Below, in pieces: positions 46,973 to 57,454 of a stretch of 64,000 nucleotides of DNA (positions are counted from its first letter, which is position 1; every line of letters starts with the position of its first letter). The DNA lies in NCBI GenBank assembly GCA_044359895.1, contig JBIKLJ010000001.1, positions 23,508 to 87,507 of the forward strand, read 5' to 3'. The notes under the pieces are model-generated. The model saw nothing but the letters and a program-made list of their open reading frames with translations, had not been told where the DNA came from and ran no database searches. Both the position numbers and the translations under genes were made by a program. This stretch comes from Pirellula sp. Its GTDB lineage: Bacteria; Planctomycetota; Planctomycetia; Pirellulales; Pirellulaceae.

Positions 46973-48508
46973 ATGCTTTGCGTCACGATTGCCCGTACCC
47001 GTCATAAACATATGCTCTCCGAACACGCCCAGCTGGCGGAGCTGGGGGCGAAGCTCGTAGAGCTCCGCTTAGACTACATTGGTCGAAGCATTGACTTAGC
47101 GAGATTGCTGAAGAACCGACCGACACCGGTCGTTGTCACGTGCCGACGCAAGGAGGATGGCGGTCGCTGGGACAGAACGGAGGACGAGCGACGAATGCTG
47201 CTGCGGTCAGCGATCGCGATGGGGGTGGAATATGTGGATCTGGAGGAGGATACGGCCAAGGCAATTCCGCGTTATGGGAAAACCAAGCGCATTGTCAGCA
47301 TGCACAATTTTGAGGGAACACCTCAGAATTTGCAATCAATTCATGCTGACTTAACGAAGTGCGATGCAGATATTGTGAAGATCGCAGCCTTGGCCAATTC
47401 GTTTGTCGATACCGCTCGCATGATGGATCTGATGAAGTCGGCATCGATGCCAACCATCGGTATCAGCATGGGAGAATATGGAGCACCAACGCGCATCTTG
47501 GCCTTGCGTTACGGGGCCCCGTTGACATTTTGCGTTTTCGATTCAGAACGTAAAGTTGCACCTGGGCAATTGAGTTTCGACCAGATGAAAAACGTCTATC
47601 GAGCCGAGACGATTACTCGGGATACCAAATTGTTTGGGGTGGTAGCGGACCCCGTGGCCCACTCCTATAGTCCGCTCATTCATAATGCTTCTTTTCATGC
47701 AAATCAGCTGGATTATCGTTATGTGCCGTTCCGGGTTTCGCCAGAAGACCTGAGCTATTTTCTGAAATGGTGTCAACAAGAAAATATCGGTGGCTTGAGC
47801 GTTACCATCCCGCACAAGCAGACGATTTTGCCCATGCTAACACAAGCCGAGACAGCCGCTCAAGAGATTGGTGCATGCAATACGGTAGTGTTTTCTGGGG
47901 ACGAGTTGCTGGGATACAATACGGATTATCGCGCTTCGATGGATTGCTTGACGGAAGCCATGACAAAACTTTCCACGGCAGAAAAGCCGTTCGAGAGAAC
48001 GAGTGCTTTGATCTTGGGAAGCGGTGGGGTTTCTCGAGCGATCGGGTATGGGTTGGCCCAGCGTGGGGCGTTGGTCAGCATTACCAGCAGAAACATGGCA
48101 TCGTCGGAAACGCTGGCTAGGTCGCTTGGGGGTAAGGCAATTCCATGGGAACAGCGTCACTCGGTCCAAGCGCGCATCGTTATCAATGGAACACCGGTTG
48201 GGATGTTTCCAGAAATGGACGAAACCCCGTTTCAGACCAAGGGATTGCTGGGTTCCCCCTTGGTTTTTGACACCATATACAACCCGGAGCAAACGCTTTT
48301 TATCAAAGGAGCCAAAGCTGCACAGTGTCCGGTCATTACGGGGTTGCAGATGTTTGTGCGGCAAGCGGCATATCAGTACCGACTTTTTACGGGGCTTGAG
48401 CCACCGATTGATGTGATGATCAAGATATTGAAAAAGGCGATTTCGCCTGTCAATTATAAGGACATTGAAGAAGAAGACGAGGACGATCCGGAGTCTGGCG
48501 AGGACTAG
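46973..48508 (+). CDS. aroE: Type I 3-dehydroquinate dehydratase / shikimate dehydrogenase fusion (AroD-AroE)
   Basis: VELRLD..VVVTCRR..IVSMHNF..IVKIA (AroD-like), then GVVADPVAHSYSP..SVTIPHK..GYNTD..LGSGG..NGTPVG..G.QMFV.QA (AroE). Confidence 0.95.
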   Translation: MLCVTIARTRHKHMLSEHAQLAELGAKLVELRLDYIGRSIDLARLLKNRPTPVVVTCRRKEDGGRWDRTEDERRMLLRSAIAMGVEYVDLEEDTAKAIPRYGKTKRIVSMHNFEGTPQNLQSIHADLTKCDADIVKIAALANSFVDTARMMDLMKSASMPTIGISMGEYGAPTRILALRYGAPLTFCVFDSERKVAPGQLSFDQMKNVYRAETITRDTKLFGVVADPVAHSYSPLIHNASFHANQLDYRYVPFRVSPEDLSYFLKWCQQENIGGLSVTIPHKQTILPMLTQAETAAQEIGACNTVVFSGDELLGYNTDYRASMDCLTEAMTKLSTAEKPFERTSALILGSGGVSRAIGYGLAQRGALVSITSRNMASSETLARSLGGKAIPWEQRHSVQARIVINGTPVGMFPEMDETPFQTKGLLGSPLVFDTIYNPEQTLFIKGAKAAQCPVITGLQMFVRQAAYQYRLFTGLEPPIDVMIKILKKAISPVNYKDIEEEDEDDPESGED

Positions 48509-48524
48509 CCTGGATTGTTCGTAC

Positions 48525-48597
48525 TGAGCCGTGGGCGCTAGCCGCGATACGATTTCCGTCCAAAACATGTATTTCGCGGCTAGCGCCTGCGGCTCAA
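48525..48597. repeat. REP-like inverted pair
   Basis: TGAGCCGTGGGCGCTAGCCGCGAT followed by TCGCGGCTAGCGCCTGCGGCTCA, the same family as at 17478. Confidence 0.9.
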
Positions 48598-48637
48598 GTT
48601 GCTACCCCTGCGGTAGTCCGGCGAGGAGGATTTTGGT

Positions 48638-49159
48638 ATGGAGAATCCCGGGATGAATCCCACGGTCAGCTCCTTTTTGTGTCGCCAAGGAAGGGGGCTA
48701 TGGAAATGGATGGAAGAGGGCTGGTTCCGTTTGAAGCTATCTAGGCCCTACCCAAGGCGTCAGACGGACGAACCGTTGGGGGCCTATGGCGAACGGCTAG
48801 CTGCCATTTTTTTGGAACGGCAGGGCTACCTCATTCTCGAGCGATCGTACCGCATCAAGTCAGGGGAAATCGACTTGATCGCGGTTTGGAAGGGACGCGT
48901 AGTGGTCTTTGTCGAGGTGAAGACTTGGGCGGCCCAGTGGGAGAACGCAGGAGGGCCGAGCGACGCCGTGGACGACAAGAAACAAGAAAAGATAACGCGT
49001 GTGGCTTTGTCGTACATGAAACGCCACCATCTGCTCGAGTCGCCCGGCCGAGCCGATGTGATCGCCGTTTTTGCAGGTGTCCAACCGGGCGAGCGACCAA
49101 AGTTCCGACATTTTGTGAGCGCTTTTGAGGCGACGGGACAGTTTCAAATGTTCTCATAA
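48638..49159 (+). CDS. yraN: YraN/UPF0102 family putative nuclease
   Basis: GAYGE..AA.FL...GY.IL, GEIDLIA and VFVEVKT motifs. Confidence 0.9.
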   Translation: MENPGMNPTVSSFLCRQGRGLWKWMEEGWFRLKLSRPYPRRQTDEPLGAYGERLAAIFLERQGYLILERSYRIKSGEIDLIAVWKGRVVVFVEVKTWAAQWENAGGPSDAVDDKKQEKITRVALSYMKRHHLLESPGRADVIAVFAGVQPGERPKFRHFVSAFEATGQFQMFS

Positions 49160-49423
49160 GGAAACTCGCATTGCCTTGTTTCCGAGGGCAAGTTGAGTAC
49201 TTTTCGAAGGCCTCCAACCTCATGCCAGTGGCGGGTAAAGCCGCATTAGCGGCTGGGTCAGGCGTGCGAAAAGCTCAAAAATGTATTGAAATTCATAGTT
49301 TTCGCATTAAAACTTGGAAGGTGTGCGTTAATATTCGATTAGCGGTTTAGCGTCCAAACTGGATCGTTTTCCAAATAATTTGTTTTGTTTCTTGTCTTAT
49401 TTTCTTTCTCAGAGGTTTCCAAT

Positions 49424-50548
49424 ATGGGACGTTTCTTGAGTCGTCATCGTACTCGGAGTGGGTTTACGCTGGTTGAGTTGCTGGTCGTTATCGCGATCAT
49501 CGGTATCCTGGTGGGGTTGTTGCTTCCTGCTGTTCAAGCTGCTCGTGAGGCGGCCCGAAGAATGCAGTGCAGCAACAATCTAAAGCAGTTGGGGTTGGCT
49601 TGCCTCAATTTCGAAAGCGCTTACAAGCGATTGCCACCGGGCACGCTGACAGCCGGTCCGGTCGGCGGCCTGTATCCTCCTCAAATTGGAACTCAATTCA
49701 ATCAACACTCTGGGATCGGCCACCTTGCTCATTTGTTCCCCTACATTGAACAAACGACCCTTTACAACAATTATCAAAATGCAAACAACCTTGATCCTGA
49801 CACCAATGGTGTCGGGGCATTGACGGGCTCCCCACAGGAGTTGATGAATCGATATTGGTTCTTTACCGACAGCTGGTTGAGTGCTCAGTATCGTATACCT
49901 GCTTTGTTGTGCCCAACCGATCAAGCCGAATTGGCCACCATCAGTTCTATTTCCACAACTCAATTTATAGCACCCTCTGCCATGGCAATGCCTGTGGGAT
50001 CTCCGGAATACGTCAACCCAACAAGTGCTTCGTTTCACGTATCGATCGGGAAGACGAACTACCTAGGAAACGGAGGCCGAAACGGCAAGACGGGCTCGAA
50101 CGCTATTTCGACCGTGCTTCCAGACACCACTTTGGGTATTTCGTGCGACGCATGGACAGGTCCGTTTTTCGTACGAAGCAAGACGCGTATGGCTGGTTTC
50201 CAAGATGGGACAAGCAACACATTTCTGTTTGGTGAAGTCACTGGTTTGTTTTCTCAGCCAGCCCGACGTTCTGGACGTCAGGCTTCATTTTGGTTTATTT
50301 CCAACGGGCCGATGTATACCAAGTTCATGATTCCAGAACCTGCTATCAATGTAAACGACCCCCTGGAAGGCTGGCGAAATTCGGTTGCGTTGCCAGGCCC
50401 AGTTCGATTTAGCAGCATGCACACTGGCGTTATCAATATGGCCTCCGCGGATGGCTCGGTTCGATCCGTTTCGGTTACCATGGAAGGCGCCAATTGGTTT
50501 CGATTGAGCGGCATGGGTGATGGACAAATTGCAAACGTTGAAGAGTAA
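49424..50548 (+). CDS. DUF1559 family prepilin-type protein
   Basis: [43 protein letters not shown] and [12 protein letters not shown] motifs. Confidence 0.96.
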   Translation: MGRFLSRHRTRSGFTLVELLVVIAIIGILVGLLLPAVQAAREAARRMQCSNNLKQLGLACLNFESAYKRLPPGTLTAGPVGGLYPPQIGTQFNQHSGIGHLAHLFPYIEQTTLYNNYQNANNLDPDTNGVGALTGSPQELMNRYWFFTDSWLSAQYRIPALLCPTDQAELATISSISTTQFIAPSAMAMPVGSPEYVNPTSASFHVSIGKTNYLGNGGRNGKTGSNAISTVLPDTTLGISCDAWTGPFFVRSKTRMAGFQDGTSNTFLFGEVTGLFSQPARRSGRQASFWFISNGPMYTKFMIPEPAINVNDPLEGWRNSVALPGPVRFSSMHTGVINMASADGSVRSVSVTMEGANWFRLSGMGDGQIANVEE

Positions 50549-50554
50549 AGGATT

Positions 50555-50746
50555 TTGAGGATGAAGAAAGTGAATTTCGTATTGCTGTTTTTATGTGCTT
50601 CACCCGCCTTGGTTGGGTGTAGTAGCTCCAACGAGGCGAAGCCGGCTGAGAATATTGTGCAGGAAAGGCCCATGGGCTACGAGAAAGGCCCTGACGGAAA
50701 GATGAAGCCTTCTAGCGGAATGACTTCCGCGCCCTCGAAGCCGTAA
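50555..50746 (+). CDS. Small lipoprotein partner of DUF1559
   Basis: MKKVNFVLLFLCASPALVG-C lipobox, directly after the DUF1559 gene and before a terminator. Confidence 0.75.
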   Translation: MRMKKVNFVLLFLCASPALVGCSSSNEAKPAENIVQERPMGYEKGPDGKMKPSSGMTSAPSKP

Positions 50747-50775
50747 TATCCAAGCTATCGCTAACCATATGGTCT

Positions 50776-50808
50776 AAGGTCACTAGATGCTATCTAGTGA
50801 CCTTTTTT
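50776..50808 (+). terminator. Rho-independent terminator
   Basis: Perfect 12-bp stem AAGGTCACTAGA / TCTAGTGACCTT followed by a T-run. Confidence 0.9.
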
Positions 50809-51230
50809 GGTTTCTGGAGTACGTTTTTTGGGAGTGTTCTGGGCCGAAATCTTCAGCAGCCTCTGGGCGTTTTCAGGACCTCAGAAAGCCAATGGGCCAT
50901 CCGATGATCTCGAAGTCGGAATTTGCTTTAGCCTGAATTCTAGGCATTTTTGGGACGGATTTGCCAGTAAGCTTGCTGGCATTCCGGCATTTTTTTACGA
51001 AAGTCCTTGTTTTCGCCGGTTCTTGGATGCTGCCTCCAATTGTTGCGTTGAATGCGCAGAGAAAAGGCTTGTGCGAAGTATTGCCACAAAAAAGATGTTT
51101 TTTTCCTTAATTCTGGGCTCTTCAATTGGCATGCTGACGTTATGATAGTTGAGCTAAGCGTCACCTCTCCAACGTGTAGCACTCAACAAATTTCGTTTTT
51201 TTTCGTTGGCTTTTTTTTGAGGGTTCTTCA

Positions 51231-52370
51231 ATGGAACGTTTTCTAGGAACGAGACCAGGCCGTCGCGGCTTTACGCTGGTCGAGCTTTTGGTTGTTATTG
51301 CAATTATTGGTATCTTGGTCGGTTTGTTGCTACCTGCAGTGCAAGCGGCACGTGAAGCTGCTCGTCGTATGCAGTGCACGAACAACATGAAGCAGTTAGG
51401 TTTGGCTGCTCTCAATTTTGAAAGCGCTTACAAGCGTCTTCCTCCAGGGATTCTGACCCCTGCGATTGGTGCAAGTGGGGTTCTGGACCAGGCTCCGCTT
51501 GCTGTCCAGTTTAATCAGCACTCAGGCGTCGGGCACCTAGTTCATTTGCTGCCGTACATGGAGCAGGGTTCGATTTACAACAACATTGCGCAATATACGA
51601 ACTTGGATCCGGATACGAACGGTGTGGGTGCTGTTACTGGTTCGCAGCAGCAGTTGATGAACAACTACTGGTGGACGAATGACCCGGGTGCGTGGGATCA
51701 TGTTCACTACCGCCTTCCTTCGCTGCTGTGCCCAAGCGACACTGCGGACGCGCCGATGCAGAACTCGATTCTGACAACGTTTTTCACTGGTACGTCACCG
51801 ACGGCTCTCGGTATGAGCTTTGGTTTCTACGGTACAACGACCAACAATGACGCTTACCATACAACGATCGGTAAGACGAATTACTTGGGTAATGGCGGAC
51901 GAAGTGGGAAGTCAGGGGTTATGGCGATCTCGACAGCAAATCCATCGTCAACCGCAGGTGTTCCGATTGATTCGTTGTGCGGGCCTTTCTTTCAGCGAAG
52001 CAAGACTCGTATGGCTGCGTTCATGGACGGTACGAGCAATACGTTCCTGTTTGGCGAAGTTACTGGTTTGTTTTCAGTTCCTGCAAGCCGTACTGGCAGA
52101 ACCCGAGCTTTCTGGTTTGTGTCGAACGGTCCAATGTACACAAGATTTATGTTGCCTGTACCATCTCAGGTTGTTACCGATCCAACTTGGGGATGGTTGA
52201 ATGCTGCCAATTTGCCTGGTCCAGTTCGATTTAGCAGCATGCACACTGGTATTGTGAACATGACTCATTCGGACGGTTCTGTTCGATCGACGGCTGTGAC
52301 AATGGATCCGATGAACTGGTTTAGGCTCGGCGGAATGGCCGACGGTCTGATTGCTACTGTGGAAGAATAA
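51231..52370 (+). CDS. DUF1559 family prepilin-type protein (close paralog of 49424-50548)
   Basis: Same N-terminal motif and [12 protein letters not shown]. It shares [40 protein letters not shown] and [13 protein letters not shown] with the upstream copy. Confidence 0.96.
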   Translation: MERFLGTRPGRRGFTLVELLVVIAIIGILVGLLLPAVQAAREAARRMQCTNNMKQLGLAALNFESAYKRLPPGILTPAIGASGVLDQAPLAVQFNQHSGVGHLVHLLPYMEQGSIYNNIAQYTNLDPDTNGVGAVTGSQQQLMNNYWWTNDPGAWDHVHYRLPSLLCPSDTADAPMQNSILTTFFTGTSPTALGMSFGFYGTTTNNDAYHTTIGKTNYLGNGGRSGKSGVMAISTANPSSTAGVPIDSLCGPFFQRSKTRMAAFMDGTSNTFLFGEVTGLFSVPASRTGRTRAFWFVSNGPMYTRFMLPVPSQVVTDPTWGWLNAANLPGPVRFSSMHTGIVNMTHSDGSVRSTAVTMDPMNWFRLGGMADGLIATVEE

Positions 52371-52381
52371 AAGGGATATCA

Positions 52382-52579
52382 ATGAGATTGTTAGTTTGTA
52401 GTTTGTTGTTGCTTTGTTTCTGCGTAGTGGTTGGTTGCGAATCGTCCTCGGGACCTGCGACCCCCACCACGACGGTTGTTCCTGAGCGTCCACAGGGGTT
52501 TGGTGCTCCGCCACCTCCGGGTGCAGGAGCTGCCGAAGCCGGTAACAAGGCGGGTGCAAGCACTATGAAGACTGAATAG
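52382..52579 (+). CDS. Small Pro/Ala/Gly-rich lipoprotein partner of DUF1559
   Basis: MRLLVCSLLLLCFCVVVG-C lipobox, with an AAGGG SD-like sequence upstream. Confidence 0.75.
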   Translation: MRLLVCSLLLLCFCVVVGCESSSGPATPTTTVVPERPQGFGAPPPPGAGAAEAGNKAGASTMKTE

Positions 52580-52595
52580 TTGCTAGCGTAGAGAA

Positions 52596-52630
52596 TAAAA
52601 AGGGTCGTAAGAAATTACGGCCCTTTTTTT
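52596..52630 (+). terminator. Rho-independent terminator (possibly bidirectional)
   Basis: AAAAAGGGTCGTAA-GAAA-TTACGGCCCTTTTTTT. Confidence 0.9.
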
Positions 52631-52756
52631 ATTTTGTCCTTTCTGGATTGTTTAGCGCCTTGGCTTACGGAATGGCATGGAAAAGGTACAATGCGATTGC
52701 ACGTAACACAATTGACTTGGACCCCGGGATCGGAAAGCTAGTTCGGTTTTTGATTC

Positions 52757-54373
52757 ATGAATTTGCCCTCGAAGGCTGTGGATGACACGCCTGATAATCG
52801 CCGTTCTAGCGCAAGCTTTTCAACAGAACATTTGCTCAGCGAGCGGGTGCTCGTTATGGACTTTGGGTCGCAGTATGCGCAGCTCATTGCCCGCCGGATC
52901 CGCGAGCAAAATGTCTATTGCGAGATTATTCGACATGATATTTCGGCGGATGTGATCGCAGCTAGGAAGCCGATTGCGATTGTACTCTCCGGCGGCCCCT
53001 CGAGCGTTTACGAAGAGAACGCCCCTAAGTGTGACCCGCGGATTTTCTCGATGGGAATTCCAATACTTGGGATTTGCTATGGGATGCAACTGGCAACTCA
53101 GGCGTTAGGGGGGGCTGTTGAAAGTTGTCCGTCGCGCGAGTTTGGTCGTTCTCGGTTGCAAATTGGCTCCATGGAGAAATTGTTTGCGGGCTTTCCGCAC
53201 GAGATCGATGTGTGGATGAGTCACGGCGACCAGGTGCGATCGTTGCCCGAGGGCTTTGAGCTTCTTGCGTCCACCAGCACCTGTCCTTTTGCTGCGGTGA
53301 AGCATAGTTCGAAAGCCATTTACGGATTGCAGTTCCATCCCGAGGTCTCCCATACTTCCTTGGGCGGAACGCTCATTCATAACTTTTTGTACAATATTGC
53401 TGGCTGTGAAGGCAGATGGCACTTGAGCGATTTTGCCAACCGTTCAATTGAGCAGATTCGCCAAGCGGTTGGCACAGACCGAGTGATTTGTGGATTGTCG
53501 GGGGGGGTGGATTCGTCGGTGACGGCGGCGCTCCTGTATAAAGCGATTGGTCCGCAGCTAACTTGCATTTTGATTGACAATGGTCTTTTGCGCAAAGACG
53601 AACAGGCCGGGGTGATTTCGGAATTCACGAATCACTTCAAGGCAGACTTACGTGTCGTGAATGCGAGCGATCGGTTTCTGGAGACGTTGGCCGGGGTTTC
53701 TGATCCGCAGGAAAAGCGTCGTCGAATTGGTCATGCATTTATCGAATGTTTCAAGGAAGAAGCGGTAAAGATCAACGGAGCCAAGTATTTGGCTCAGGGG
53801 ACCCTTTATCCTGATGTCATCGAAAGTGGTGCGGCGCCGGACGGGCCAGCGGCCACGATCAAATTGCATCATAATGTGGGCGGGTTGCCCGAGCAGCTTG
53901 GTTTCGAGTTGATCGAACCGTTGCGAGATTTGTTCAAGGACGAAGTTCGGAAACTTGGCGTTGAGCTTGGGCTGCCAGAGCATTTGGTTTGGCGGCATCC
54001 CTTCCCTGGTCCAGGGTTGGCGGTACGTTGTCTCGGGGACATTACGAAGGAGAAACTCGATGTGTTACGTGAAGCGGACGAAATTGTCGTTAACGAAATC
54101 AAAAACGCGAACCTCTATCGTCAAACATCACAAGCGTTCGCGGTGTTGCTCGAATCGCAAAGCGTTGGCGTTATGGGTGACGCGCGGACGTACGAAAAAG
54201 CAGTTGCCGTACGGTGCGTAAACACCGATGACTTCATGACGGCCGACTGGAGCCATCTGCCCTATGATTTGCTCGCCCGTATTTCAACTCGCATTATCAA
54301 TGAGGTGCGAGGGGTCAATCGGGTCTGTTACGACATCAGCTCGAAACCACCTGCCACTATCGAATGGGAATAA
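52757..54373 (+). CDS. guaA: GMP synthase (glutamine-hydrolysing)
   Basis: [54 protein letters not shown] and [10 protein letters not shown] motifs. Confidence 0.99.
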   Translation: MNLPSKAVDDTPDNRRSSASFSTEHLLSERVLVMDFGSQYAQLIARRIREQNVYCEIIRHDISADVIAARKPIAIVLSGGPSSVYEENAPKCDPRIFSMGIPILGICYGMQLATQALGGAVESCPSREFGRSRLQIGSMEKLFAGFPHEIDVWMSHGDQVRSLPEGFELLASTSTCPFAAVKHSSKAIYGLQFHPEVSHTSLGGTLIHNFLYNIAGCEGRWHLSDFANRSIEQIRQAVGTDRVICGLSGGVDSSVTAALLYKAIGPQLTCILIDNGLLRKDEQAGVISEFTNHFKADLRVVNASDRFLETLAGVSDPQEKRRRIGHAFIECFKEEAVKINGAKYLAQGTLYPDVIESGAAPDGPAATIKLHHNVGGLPEQLGFELIEPLRDLFKDEVRKLGVELGLPEHLVWRHPFPGPGLAVRCLGDITKEKLDVLREADEIVVNEIKNANLYRQTSQAFAVLLESQSVGVMGDARTYEKAVAVRCVNTDDFMTADWSHLPYDLLARISTRIINEVRGVNRVCYDISSKPPATIEWE

Positions 54374-54382
54374 ACGTTCGCA

Positions 54383-56056
54383 ATGAATCGTTCGTACATC
54401 TATCAGATTGAAGACCTGACCAAGCGTCACGGGCAGAAGGAAGTTCTCAAGAACATTTGGCTTTCTTTTTACCCTGGCGCGAAGATTGGTGTTCTCGGTT
54501 CCAACGGGGCGGGGAAAAGTACGCTCCTACGCATCATGGCTGGGACCGATAAAAATTTCGACGGAACGGCTCGTTTAAGCAATGGTTTCGTTGCCGGCTA
54601 TCTTTCGCAAGAGCCGCAATTGAATGTCGAAAAAGATGTTCAAGGCAACGTGGAAGAAGCGGTTGCTCCAAGACGCGCGGTCCTGGATCGTTTCAATGAG
54701 ATTTCCAACTTGCTTGGTGAAGTCACTGATGACAAGCAGATGGAAAAGCTTTGTGATGAGATGGCCAGATTGCAAGATGTGATCGACGCCCAAAATCTTT
54801 GGGAGCTGGACCGTCAGATCGAGCAGTCGATGGCGGTGATGAACTTGCCACCGGGGGATGCAGACGTCACGAAGCTTTCAGGTGGCGAACGTCGCCGTGT
54901 TGCGCTTTGCAAATTGCTGATACAGCAACCAGACCTACTTCTGTTAGACGAACCCACTAACCACTTGGATGCCGAAGCGGTGAATTGGTTGGAGCAGCAT
55001 TTAGCCAAGTACCCAGGGACTGTCGTTGCGGTCACTCACGACCGTTATTTCTTAGATAATGTAGCGCAGTGGATTTTGGAATTGGATCGCGGTGCGGGTT
55101 ATCCTTTCGAAGGAAACTACACGAATTGGCTAGAGCAGAAGCAGAAGCGGTTGCTGATCGAACAGCGATCGTCCGCAGCCAAGCAAAAGATTCTCGAGAA
55201 GGAATTGGAGTGGATACGGATGTCGCCACGTGCGCGGCAGAGCAAGAGCAAAGCACGGATTACCGCTTACGAACAGCTAGCGGCAGAGCAGTTTGAAGAA
55301 AAGCCAGACGAGCTGGAAATACAGATTCCACCTGGAAAGCATTTGGGCGAAGTGGTTGTTCAAGCAGAGGGGCTTACCAAGTCGTACAACGATAGGGTAT
55401 TGATCGATAACCTAACGTTCCGGTTGCCAGCGGGTGGAATTGTGGGTGTGATTGGTCCTAATGGTGCGGGAAAAACAACGCTGTTTCGCATGATCACTGG
55501 GCAAGACACTCCGGATTCAGGCGCACTTCGTGTTGGGGACACGGTTGAGCTCGGGTATGTCGATCAATCTCGCGATTCGTTAACCGCAACCAACACGCTT
55601 TATCAAGAAATTTCAGGGGGCTTGGACTTCTTGGAGGCGGGTGGCAAACGCATGAATTCGCGAGCCTATGTTTCGAAGTTTAATTTCAAGGGAACCGACC
55701 AAGAGAAAAAGGTCGGCGATTTGTCTGGCGGTGAGCGTAACCGAGTTCACTTAGCGAAGCTTTTGCGAAAAGGCTGCAATGTTCTGCTGCTCGACGAACC
55801 TACCAACGATCTCGATGTGGATACCTTGCGTGCGTTGGAAGAAGCTATCATGAGCTTTGTTGGTTGTGTGGTGGTGATCACGCACGATCGATGGTTCCTG
55901 GATCGTATTGCAACCCACATTCTGGCGTTTGAGGGGGACGGTTATGTTCATTGGTGCGAAGGGAACTTTGCAACCTACGAACAACAGCGGCGGGAACGAC
56001 TTGGAATTCAAGACGACCAGCCTCAACGGTTCCGTTACAAGAAGTTAGCAACATAG
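54383..56056 (+). CDS. ettA: Energy-dependent translational throttle ABC-F protein
   Basis: [21 protein letters not shown], two LSGGE and LLLDEPTN motif sets, ELEWIR..P.ARQ.KSKAR and HILAFEGD. Confidence 0.96.
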   Translation: MNRSYIYQIEDLTKRHGQKEVLKNIWLSFYPGAKIGVLGSNGAGKSTLLRIMAGTDKNFDGTARLSNGFVAGYLSQEPQLNVEKDVQGNVEEAVAPRRAVLDRFNEISNLLGEVTDDKQMEKLCDEMARLQDVIDAQNLWELDRQIEQSMAVMNLPPGDADVTKLSGGERRRVALCKLLIQQPDLLLLDEPTNHLDAEAVNWLEQHLAKYPGTVVAVTHDRYFLDNVAQWILELDRGAGYPFEGNYTNWLEQKQKRLLIEQRSSAAKQKILEKELEWIRMSPRARQSKSKARITAYEQLAAEQFEEKPDELEIQIPPGKHLGEVVVQAEGLTKSYNDRVLIDNLTFRLPAGGIVGVIGPNGAGKTTLFRMITGQDTPDSGALRVGDTVELGYVDQSRDSLTATNTLYQEISGGLDFLEAGGKRMNSRAYVSKFNFKGTDQEKKVGDLSGGERNRVHLAKLLRKGCNVLLLDEPTNDLDVDTLRALEEAIMSFVGCVVVITHDRWFLDRIATHILAFEGDGYVHWCEGNFATYEQQRRERLGIQDDQPQRFRYKKLAT

Positions 56057-56101
56057 ATTGTTTTTTCAGGTTTCACCCTCGTAGAATTGCTGACGCCGTC
56101 C

Positions 56102-57412
56102 ATGGAGAAAACTAGAGTTGCCATCGTTGGCATGGGAACGGTCGGTACCGGTGTTGCTCGATTGCTCCTGGATCATGGGGACCGATTGGCCCGCCATGCG
56201 GGGCGGGTGCTTTGGTTGGAGAAGGCCACCGTTCGCGATTTGAACAAGGTCAGAAACATCCGTCTTCCGGACGGAATTCTAACGGGCGATTTGCAATCGA
56301 TTCTGACCAATCCAGAAATTGAAGTGGTGGCCATGTTGGTTGGGGGGTTGGAGCCCGCTCGAACCTATATGCTGCAGTTGCTTGAAGCAGGTAAAGACGT
56401 CGTCACGGCCAACAAGGCTGTGCTTGCCGAGCATGGCGAAGAATTGTTTGATCGGGCTAGAGCCTTGGGGCGAACGATTGCCTTTGAAGCTAGTGTGGGT
56501 GGTGGGATTCCAATCATCGCAAACATTAGCCAGTGTTTTTCGGCGAATCAAATTTTGTCTCTGCGAGGGATTCTCAATGGGACCAGCAACTACATTATTT
56601 CTCAGATGGACGAGCAAGGTGCCGACTACGCGGTTGCTCTGAAGCATGCTCAGGAATTGGGTTATGCGGAAGCCGACCCAACCATGGATGTCGATGGAAG
56701 CGATGCAGCGCAGAAGCTCGCTATATTGGCTCACTTGGCTTTTGGTGTTCGAGTCAAGTGGCGAGAAATTTACCGTCGCGGTTTAGAAGCGTTTCAGTTA
56801 ACCGATTTGAAGTACGCTACCGAATTGGGCTATCGGATCAAGCTGATTGCAACGGCTCATCTGCAGGAGAATGGCCTTGAGCTGCATGTTTCCCCAACAT
56901 TAATCCGCCGCGGAAGGCCCTTGGCGGAGGTCCGTGGAGCGTACAACGCGGTGACGGTGGTGGGTGACGCTGTCGGCGACATGTTTTTTCATGGTCAGGG
57001 CGCTGGCCAAATGCCGACAGCTTCGGCGGTGGTTGCCGACATGATCGATACAGCAGCAGGTCGAACGGACATTACGTTCCGAAGGTTGGAGTTGTGGTCG
57101 GATCGGGAATCGAAGATTGGTTTGTTACCTTACGAACAGACGCTCAGCCGATACTACATGAGATTTTTCGTGGCGGATGAACCCGGTGTGTTATCGCAGA
57201 TTACCGGGATTCTTGGCAAGCATGGTATTTCGATTGCGTCGATCATCCAGCATGAGCCAACCAGCGATCATCAGCCAAGGCAAGTACCACTTGTGATCAT
57301 GACTCATGAGGCCAATGAAAAGGCCGCTTCCTTAGCGAACGAAGAAATTCGTAAGCTGGAAAGCGTCAGCCAAGAGTCGGTGAAGCTGCGAGTGATGGAA
57401 GCGAGTCGATAG
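56102..57412 (+). CDS. hom: Homoserine dehydrogenase with C-terminal ACT domain
   Basis: GMGTVG.G, VVTANKA, FEASVGGGIP, GILNGTSN, GYAEADP and GQGAGQMPTASAV motifs. Confidence 0.97.
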   Translation: MEKTRVAIVGMGTVGTGVARLLLDHGDRLARHAGRVLWLEKATVRDLNKVRNIRLPDGILTGDLQSILTNPEIEVVAMLVGGLEPARTYMLQLLEAGKDVVTANKAVLAEHGEELFDRARALGRTIAFEASVGGGIPIIANISQCFSANQILSLRGILNGTSNYIISQMDEQGADYAVALKHAQELGYAEADPTMDVDGSDAAQKLAILAHLAFGVRVKWREIYRRGLEAFQLTDLKYATELGYRIKLIATAHLQENGLELHVSPTLIRRGRPLAEVRGAYNAVTVVGDAVGDMFFHGQGAGQMPTASAVVADMIDTAAGRTDITFRRLELWSDRESKIGLLPYEQTLSRYYMRFFVADEPGVLSQITGILGKHGISIASIIQHEPTSDHQPRQVPLVIMTHEANEKAASLANEEIRKLESVSQESVKLRVMEASR

Positions 57413-57454
57413 AGACAGAATGATTTTAGTTAGGATACGAGAGGGCGAGCGACA

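Noticed and set aside
50810-51230. Long intergenic region with short ORFs as a possible sRNA or small gene
   Set aside because: The ORFs are Phe-rich artefacts of T-runs with no SD or motif, and I could not recognise a known RNA structure. I treat it as the promoter region of the second DUF1559 cassette.
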